Positions 36,840-42,383 of a stretch of DNA of 42,383 nucleotides are shown here, one piece after another. The notes under the pieces are model-generated. The model saw nothing but the letters and a program-made list of their open reading frames with translations. It was not told the DNA's origin and searched no databases. The number at the start of each line of letters is the position of its first letter. The first letter of the stretch is position 1. The stretch is from Candidatus Acetocimmeria pyornia. GTDB taxonomy: Bacteria > Bacillota > Sulfobacillia > UBA3575. Where the stretch lies: NCBI GenBank assembly GCA_004367365.1, contig SESX01000003.1, forward strand, positions 1 through 42,383, given 5' to 3'. The position numbers and the translations under genes are program-made.

Positions 36840-39065
36840 ATGGGTCGTAGAGGAACCTTAGCCATTTGCCTGCTGTTGATCCTGGTGCTGGTGAGCACAA
36901 CAGCTGCGACAGCTTCTACCCAAGAAACAAGTGGTTATGCAAGCGTGGATGTTAAGGTCATCCTCGACGAAAAAGTTATCTTGGCAAAAGGGCTTTCCAT
37001 CGAGGGAAGGCCGTATGTTCCCGTGAGAGCTGTGATCGAAGGATGGGGAGGCACTGTTGATTGGGACAATGTGGGGAAGGTAATTACCGCTTATGATGAT
37101 GATTACAGCCTAAAGTTTCCAACCAAAACACAAACAATGACACTCAATGGAGCTCCTGTATTAGATAAGGCCACCAATGAACCCCTCAAGGTTGACTACA
37201 GAATACTAGAAGGGACCACTTATGTTCCTGCAAGGGCTTTCCTTGTTGAAGCCTTGGGGTTTGAGGCCTCGATTGATGCCACTCAGACCTTTGTGTTTGA
37301 GAAAACTACCGGTGTGGACAAGACCTTCCCTTCATGGACGATGGTTGAGAACTTTGTTCCGCCTCAAGGAGCCCAAAAGGCTGCGGAACATTTCAGTGGA
37401 ACATTGCATTTCAGCACAACCCCCATGCATGTGACCCCAACTCCGGAAGAAATGGAGCCGGTTCTTGGAGGTGACTATAGTCGTCCTTGGGCTTTGTGGA
37501 ATGGGTGGGGGTACTCATTTGATTGGCTGGCTGACCAGGACCCGGTTGGCGCTGTTCCCCTGTATGAACTGGATGCAACACTTTTTCCGGGCCTAGACGT
37601 CCAGTTTTTTACCACCGAGGAAGGCGACCTGGTACCGGTGCAGCGTGGAATTATAAGAAAACCAGTCAAAGATCGCACCGAAAGCTTCTGGGAGATCATC
37701 ATTAGCCCTGGCAAAGTCTGGTTAGAAGATAAGGATCCAGTTTGGAAAGGGTGGAACAAGGCGGCTTTTCCCTTCTCTCTTGTCCAGTCACAGGAAGGCG
37801 AAGCCCTCATCGGGCTAGCATTCTTCTATTACAAGAATGACCAGGTTTCCAAACTCTATCTTCAGGTCAGCAATGACGCTGCCGGCGGGTTTATTTTCTG
37901 GGATGCTGATTTTAACATGAAGGCATGGGCTGAGGTCGATATTGACTACACGCCAAATACAATTCCCAATGAAGCGGAGTTGCAGGCAGCATTCGCTCAA
38001 GAAAAAGCCAATCGCCTGCCAATGAAACCCTTGTCTGAGCTTGGAGAAGCTGTTTCCGGCATGGGTGGTGATGTCAACCGTGACAATGTGTTGACAATGG
38101 CACTACTGGTAGATGACGTCATTTATTATTCACCCATTAACACTCCCTTTGGCGAATATCCCTATCCTGACGTTATGCGCGTCGGTGTCTGGTCAGTATC
38201 AAAATCGCTCATCCCAGGCATGGCCGCTCTTCGCTTGGCAGAAAAATATGGGACTGACTTTCTGGAGACAAAGATCGTTGACTATTTTGAAGAAGGTGTC
38301 GAATTTGACTATGTTAGTGACGAAGCCAAAGCCCGCTGGGAGATGGTTACCATTAAGCACGCACTGCACATGACCACGGGAATGGGGCCGGCGGGATATG
38401 ACGCCAATTGGGCTTCGACCAGTCTGAATACCTACCAATGGTCTTACTCTTACGATCTTGCCGATCAGATCCGGTATTATTTTAACCAGGGACCTGTACC
38501 GGATGATGAAGTAACCGGACCGGGTCAGAAATTCTATTACATGGATCAGGACATGTGGATTGCCACCCTTGCCATGGAGCGCTTTTTAAAAGAGAAAGAA
38601 GGCCCTGAGGCGACGATCCTGAAGATGTTGACCGAAGAAGTGTATAAACCCATTGGTATAGATCATTTTGCTGCCGGAACCAGTTATACGGAGACCGGTG
38701 AAGAGGGATTCCCCTATAGTGCCTGGGGCGTTCTACCCACCATTGATTATCTGGCCAAGGCAGGTCGATTGATAGCCAACATGGGAATGGCTGAAGATGG
38801 AACACAGATTCTGAGCAGGGCATTGATTGAAGATTTTTACACCAATCCAGAATACCAGTTCGCCTTCTGGAAAACTCAATTTACAAACGAAGCAGGTGAA
38901 ACATTTTATATTCCGCGCATGAGCGGAGCCGGTGGAAACTATGTCTTCTCCATGCCAAATGGGATCGTCGGAATCGCGCTCGGATGTAATTCCTATAATT
39001 TCTCCTGGAACGATGCACAAAGGCTGACGATTATTGAAGCGGCAAACAAGCTAAAACCATTTTAA
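36840..39065 (+). CDS. Secreted serine hydrolase (AmpC/beta-lactamase-like) with N-terminal copper amine oxidase-like (stalk) domain
   Basis: Signal peptide; GRPYVPVRAVIE and GTTYVPARAFLVEALG; SxxK as WSVSKS; VTIKHALHMTTG; PGQKFYY; MSGAGG. Confidence 0.8.
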   Translation: MGRRGTLAICLLLILVLVSTTAATASTQETSGYASVDVKVILDEKVILAKGLSIEGRPYVPVRAVIEGWGGTVDWDNVGKVITAYDDDYSLKFPTKTQTMTLNGAPVLDKATNEPLKVDYRILEGTTYVPARAFLVEALGFEASIDATQTFVFEKTTGVDKTFPSWTMVENFVPPQGAQKAAEHFSGTLHFSTTPMHVTPTPEEMEPVLGGDYSRPWALWNGWGYSFDWLADQDPVGAVPLYELDATLFPGLDVQFFTTEEGDLVPVQRGIIRKPVKDRTESFWEIIISPGKVWLEDKDPVWKGWNKAAFPFSLVQSQEGEALIGLAFFYYKNDQVSKLYLQVSNDAAGGFIFWDADFNMKAWAEVDIDYTPNTIPNEAELQAAFAQEKANRLPMKPLSELGEAVSGMGGDVNRDNVLTMALLVDDVIYYSPINTPFGEYPYPDVMRVGVWSVSKSLIPGMAALRLAEKYGTDFLETKIVDYFEEGVEFDYVSDEAKARWEMVTIKHALHMTTGMGPAGYDANWASTSLNTYQWSYSYDLADQIRYYFNQGPVPDDEVTGPGQKFYYMDQDMWIATLAMERFLKEKEGPEATILKMLTEEVYKPIGIDHFAAGTSYTETGEEGFPYSAWGVLPTIDYLAKAGRLIANMGMAEDGTQILSRALIEDFYTNPEYQFAFWKTQFTNEAGETFYIPRMSGAGGNYVFSMPNGIVGIALGCNSYNFSWNDAQRLTIIEAANKLKPF

Positions 39066-39101
39066 AGCTAAAGCCAACTTTATGCTTTATTAACAATTTA
39101 T

Positions 39102-39194
39102 AGAACTTCGGAAAGAACTTCGGAACCGGATCGGAACAGGTGCAGTGTCGCATTGCTACTGCAATTCCGAGAAGTTGACGGTTCCGAAGTTCTT
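39102..39194. repeat. 82-nt hairpin (39113-39194) with perfect 16-bp arms, preceded by a 12-bp tandem duplication
   Basis: AAGAACTTCGGAACCG / CGGTTCCGAAGTTCTT; inner TCGGAA/TTCCGA and TGCAGT/ACTGCA; AGAACTTCGGAA twice at 39102 and 39114. Confidence 0.9.
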
Positions 39195-39417
39195 CTACTT
39201 TTTCCCCAACATTGTAGACCTAACGGCCAAGAGCGAACGACTGTCCGGCTACCTGCCGGGGGAAGCATCGGTGACCGTCCTGGCCGGCACCTCCTTCGGC
39301 CGCTACGGCGAAGGCTACCTCCGGCTGTCCTACGCCAACCGGTAGAAAACATCGAAAAGGCCTCGACCGAATCGCCCGAGCCGTGTAACCACTGGAAAAA
39401 CCAATAGCCTCCTGAGG
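39192..39417 (+). pseudogene. Decayed duplicate of the 3' end of the aminotransferase (34583-34810)
   Basis: FPNI...LAGTSFGRYGEGYLRLSYAN retained, then frameshifts; DNA match continues to CCTCCTGAGG at the stop. Confidence 0.92.
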
Positions 39418-39459
39418 GCTTCCCCGCGCCAGCACAACAGGGCTGCCTTAGCAGCCCTA

Positions 39460-40239
39460 TCACCTGCCTTTTTGCACCCCGCTCAGGAAAAGCCGACAGC
39501 CCTCCATGAAAAGACTCATGTCGGATTTCAGAGAAATGTAGCAAACCCCGCGGGAGATCCAACGGTTGGCTGCCTCCGGGCTGTCCACAAAGGTCCCGAC
39601 CACCACCCCCCGTTCCGCGGATTTCTCGATAACTTCATTCATCTTGTCGATTACCACCTGGCTTTCAACCTCTCCAGGCACCCCCAGTGACTGGGAAAGG
39701 TCGTAGGGCCCCAGGAACAGGATGTCGATACCTGGAACCTCCAGGATGGCATCGATATTGTCAATCCCCCGGACCCCTTCCACCTGAATGATAACCATGG
39801 TCTCCCTGTTGGCCTCACGGACATATTCGTCCTTAGGACGTGCACTATAACGGGCAGCTCGTGTGTAGCAGCAAAGTCCCCGCTCACCGGCGGGAGCAAA
39901 CCTGGCTGCCCGTACGGCCCTTTCAGCCCCCTCCCGGTCGTTGACCTGTGGGATCTGAACCCCAGCTGCCCCCATATCGAGAACCTTTTGAATCAACCCG
40001 GGCTGGTTGTCCATAACCCTGACGATGGGAGCAATCCCCCCGCACCAGGCGGCCCTAACCATCTGCTGCGCCGTTTCCATGGTGATTGGGCCGTGTTCCG
40101 AGTCAATGATGGCAAAATCAAATCCTGCGAATCCCAGGCACTCTATCAAAGCCGGCTCCCCCACCTTCATGAAGGGGCCCAGAACCGGTTCTCGGCGCTG
40201 CACTCGTTCTTTAAAGCTCTTCCACGAAATCACCGGCAT
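39460..40239 (-). CDS. HpcH/HpaI-family class II pyruvate aldolase
   Basis: GFDFAIIDSEHG, PIVRV, LDMGAAGVQIP, IQVE, FLGPYDLSQSLG. Confidence 0.92.
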   Translation of the reverse strand: MPVISWKSFKERVQRREPVLGPFMKVGEPALIECLGFAGFDFAIIDSEHGPITMETAQQMVRAAWCGGIAPIVRVMDNQPGLIQKVLDMGAAGVQIPQVNDREGAERAVRAARFAPAGERGLCCYTRAARYSARPKDEYVREANRETMVIIQVEGVRGIDNIDAILEVPGIDILFLGPYDLSQSLGVPGEVESQVVIDKMNEVIEKSAERGVVVGTFVDSPEAANRWISRGVCYISLKSDMSLFMEGCRLFLSGVQKGR

Positions 40240-40390
40240 CCCGCCTCAACCTCCTAACAAGATCAGGGTTAATAGCCCATACTTCGCCACAACAGAAGAG
40301 AATCCCTTTCGGACCGCACCTTGCCTCAGGCAGTCTGGCTGCCCAACCCAGATTGACACCGGTTCCTCCCCAGTCTATACTGAAGCTGAT

Positions 40391-40873
40391 ATGAAATCCA
40401 GAACAAGTTCCACCCATTCCAACCCCAGGATCCTGCTGGGAATAGGAAACACAGAAAAAGGTGATGACGGAGTCGGCCCGTATGTGGCCAGCCTCCTTGA
40501 AAATAGTACCTGGTATACAGTCGATGCCGGAGTGGCCCCGGAGAATTTTACCGGGGTTGTGCGGCGCCACCGTCCCGGCCTGGTCGTGATGGTCGATGCC
40601 GCCGACATGGGCCTGCCCCCGGGTGCCATCAGACGCCTGCCTGTCGAATCCCTCAAGCAGGCTGGCCTTGATACCCATACCCTTCCCCTTTCCCTTTTGG
40701 CCCACTACCTGGAGCAGTTTTGCCCGCGCGTAGTTATCATCGGTATCCAGCCGGAGCACGTCTTTCCAGGCCGTGGATTGAGCCCCCGGATCAAGAAAGC
40801 CGCCCAAGAGCTGGCCGCACTCCTAGCTTCTGGACGGCTGGAAGAAATACCGGTCATCGAGAAAAACCCTTGA
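40391..40873 (+). CDS. hycI: Hydrogenase maturation endopeptidase (HycI type)
   Basis: LLGIGN.EKGDDGVG, APENF, VDAADMGL.PG, THTLPL, GIQP. Confidence 0.88.
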   Translation: MKSRTSSTHSNPRILLGIGNTEKGDDGVGPYVASLLENSTWYTVDAGVAPENFTGVVRRHRPGLVVMVDAADMGLPPGAIRRLPVESLKQAGLDTHTLPLSLLAHYLEQFCPRVVIIGIQPEHVFPGRGLSPRIKKAAQELAALLASGRLEEIPVIEKNP

Positions 40874-40952
40874 CCTCTCTGGTCTGGTATACCCTGCTTC
40901 ACACCGCAGCGCTTGCTGCTGCGCGTTCCGGCAGTACCCAGCTTCGGTCCTC

Positions 40953-41411
40953 CTACCCTGCTGCCGCAATATCTTCTTTCTTCCGCACCGGGTTGACAAC
41001 CATCGCATCAGAATGCCGGTCATAGCAGGACAAAAGAAAATTGTCGCTCATGCCGAGACAGTCTTTGGGGCAGATCTCGTTACACTGGGCACAGAATATA
41101 CACCGGGACAGGTGAATACTAATCTTTTTCTCCTCCGGGATGAATTCGATGGCAGACGCAGGGCATACCCTCAGGCATAACCGGCAGCCGGTGCATTTTT
41201 CCCCGTCGTACGTGATACACCCCCTGAAATCCGGCGGTACCGGTACCGGAGGGTTCAGTTCAACTTCACCAGCCTCGACCGCCTTAAGCAGTTCAACGAC
41301 AGATGCTGGAGCATGCCGGGCCGGGAAGGGATTGGTGAAAGGACGGCGGAACAACTGTTTCAATAGTTCCCTAGCCATCACAGTCATCTCGTTCACCACC
41401 TTTCCTGTCAA
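40953..41411 (-). CDS. 2x[4Fe-4S] subunit of membrane-bound hydrogenase (MbhN/NuoI-like)
   Basis: TNPFP, PVPVPPDFRG, CTGCRLCLRVCP, CIFCAQCNEICP. Confidence 0.9.
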   Translation of the reverse strand: MTGKVVNEMTVMARELLKQLFRRPFTNPFPARHAPASVVELLKAVEAGEVELNPPVPVPPDFRGCITYDGEKCTGCRLCLRVCPASAIEFIPEEKKISIHLSRCIFCAQCNEICPKDCLGMSDNFLLSCYDRHSDAMVVNPVRKKEDIAAAG

Positions 41412-41507
41412 GGATTAACCAGGGTAGCGTGCCAGAGTTCCCCTCTTGAGCCGGTGAAAGTGCGGATTTTCACCTTTGGCAGTACCACCGTCCACCGGCA
41501 AGAGGGA

Positions 41508-42383
41508 CTAGAAGAGGAAGTGATCAATCACCACCAGCGCCAGCCCCCCCAGGCTTAAACCCAGGACCGGTACCCAGTAGAGATAGGCAATCTGGTCAAC
41601 CTTGAGCCTGGCCAGGGCTATCCTCACATAGGTAACCGCCACCAGCATCACAACCAAGGTCTTGACCCAGAAAAACACAAAGTCAACTACCAGGGCTCCC
41701 GTTCCACCCATGCCCAAGACCGGAGCCAGGTTGTACGGGAAGAAGAGGGCAACAATCAGGGCCGACATGACAAGGGTCTTAACGGCCTCCCCCAGGTAAA
41801 AGAGGGCAAGGTTCCGACCGGAGTATTCCACGAGCAGACCGCCGGCCAGCTCTTCCTCGGCCTCTGGTGCATCAAAGGGTACCTTTGAAAGCTCAGCCGG
41901 TGTGACTACCAGCAAGGCCAGGAGGGTCAAGAGCAAACCAATGCCTCCCACGATCCCCACACTTCCCCAAACCGGGTAATCGGCAAAGGCAGACAGGGAA
42001 AAGGCGTAGAAACCAGCGGTGCCCGCTCCATAGGCAGCCCACAGCTTCCAGGCCAGGGTAATCACCACCGCAGCCAGGGGAAATTCATAACTCATCATGG
42101 TCACCATTTCCCTCTGGGACCCCACTGCGGCGTAGGGGGAACCGGAGGCAAAACCCCCGGCGACCATCGCCACCGCCGGCAAGGTAAAGAGGTAAAGGAT
42201 AAGAATCAGGTCACCTCTCCCCTCCAGAACAGGGCCGACCCCTCCCATGGGAATGTAGAGGAGAATCGTGATTGCTGAAATCAAGGCCAGGATCGGGGCC
42301 CCGTTGAAAATCCAGGGGATTGCGTTTTCGGGGACCACTGTTTCCTTCAGTAAGAGCTTCTGGATGTCCCAGTACGGCTGCCA
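41508..42383 (-). CDS. NuoH/MbhM-like membrane subunit of group 4 hydrogenase (5' end outside window)
   Basis: Open frame continues to window edge (WQPYWDIQKLLLKE); SPYAAVGSQRE, SYEFP, PFDAPEAEEELAGGLLVEYSG. Confidence 0.92.
   Translation of the reverse strand, partial: WQPYWDIQKLLLKETVVPENAIPWIFNGAPILALISAITILLYIPMGGVGPVLEGRGDLILILYLFTLPAVAMVAGGFASGSPYAAVGSQREMVTMMSYEFPLAAVVITLAWKLWAAYGAGTAGFYAFSLSAFADYPVWGSVGIVGGIGLLLTLLALLVVTPAELSKVPFDAPEAEEELAGGLLVEYSGRNLALFYLGEAVKTLVMSALIVALFFPYNLAPVLGMGGTGALVVDFVFFWVKTLVVMLVAVTYVRIALARLKVDQIAYLYWVPVLGLSLGGLALVVIDHFLF

Noticed and set aside
40007-40390. N-terminal extension of HycI
   Set aside because: Antisense to the aldolase gene; HycI motifs begin after ATG 40391

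Overview
GC-rich chromosomal window from a spore-forming anaerobic Firmicute (Clostridia-like; inferred from spoVB, cwlD-like and sleB-like genes, SAM-I and cobalamin riboswitches, and SigA/SigH-type promoters). Core content: split UxaA-family dehydratase (partial), PHP/HisJ phosphatase, a tRNA-Asn/Ala/Gln operon, two class I/II aminotransferases, cell-envelope and sporulation genes, SAM-I-controlled metY-metX, late cobamide genes (cbiP-cbiB-cobS-pduX-cobD-cobC and cobT, each unit behind a B12 riboswitch), sdpR-sdpI, and the end of an Mbh-like group 4 [NiFe]-hydrogenase operon with HycI. Most notable: (1) an unnamed dispersed ~55-60 bp palindromic repeat (ATTTTCAT.CTTCGTGGTGCCGCC...GCGGCATG...ACGAAAAT) in about 9 intergenic sites, also forming a ~320 bp composite structured element with three copies; (2) a symporter / CoA-transferase III / CitE-like lyase / LarA-family racemase cluster suggesting an undescribed 2-hydroxy-dicarboxylate pathway; (3) a duplicated aminotransferase locus whose middle is occupied by an AT-richer secreted serine-hydrolase gene, with an 82-nt hairpin exactly at the junction; (4) a B12-radical SAM gene and ATPase remnant between the cob units; (5) a probably degenerate c-di-AMP riboswitch. 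No CRISPR array, rRNA, integrase or transposase was seen. All calls come from reading motifs by eye; no database search was run.
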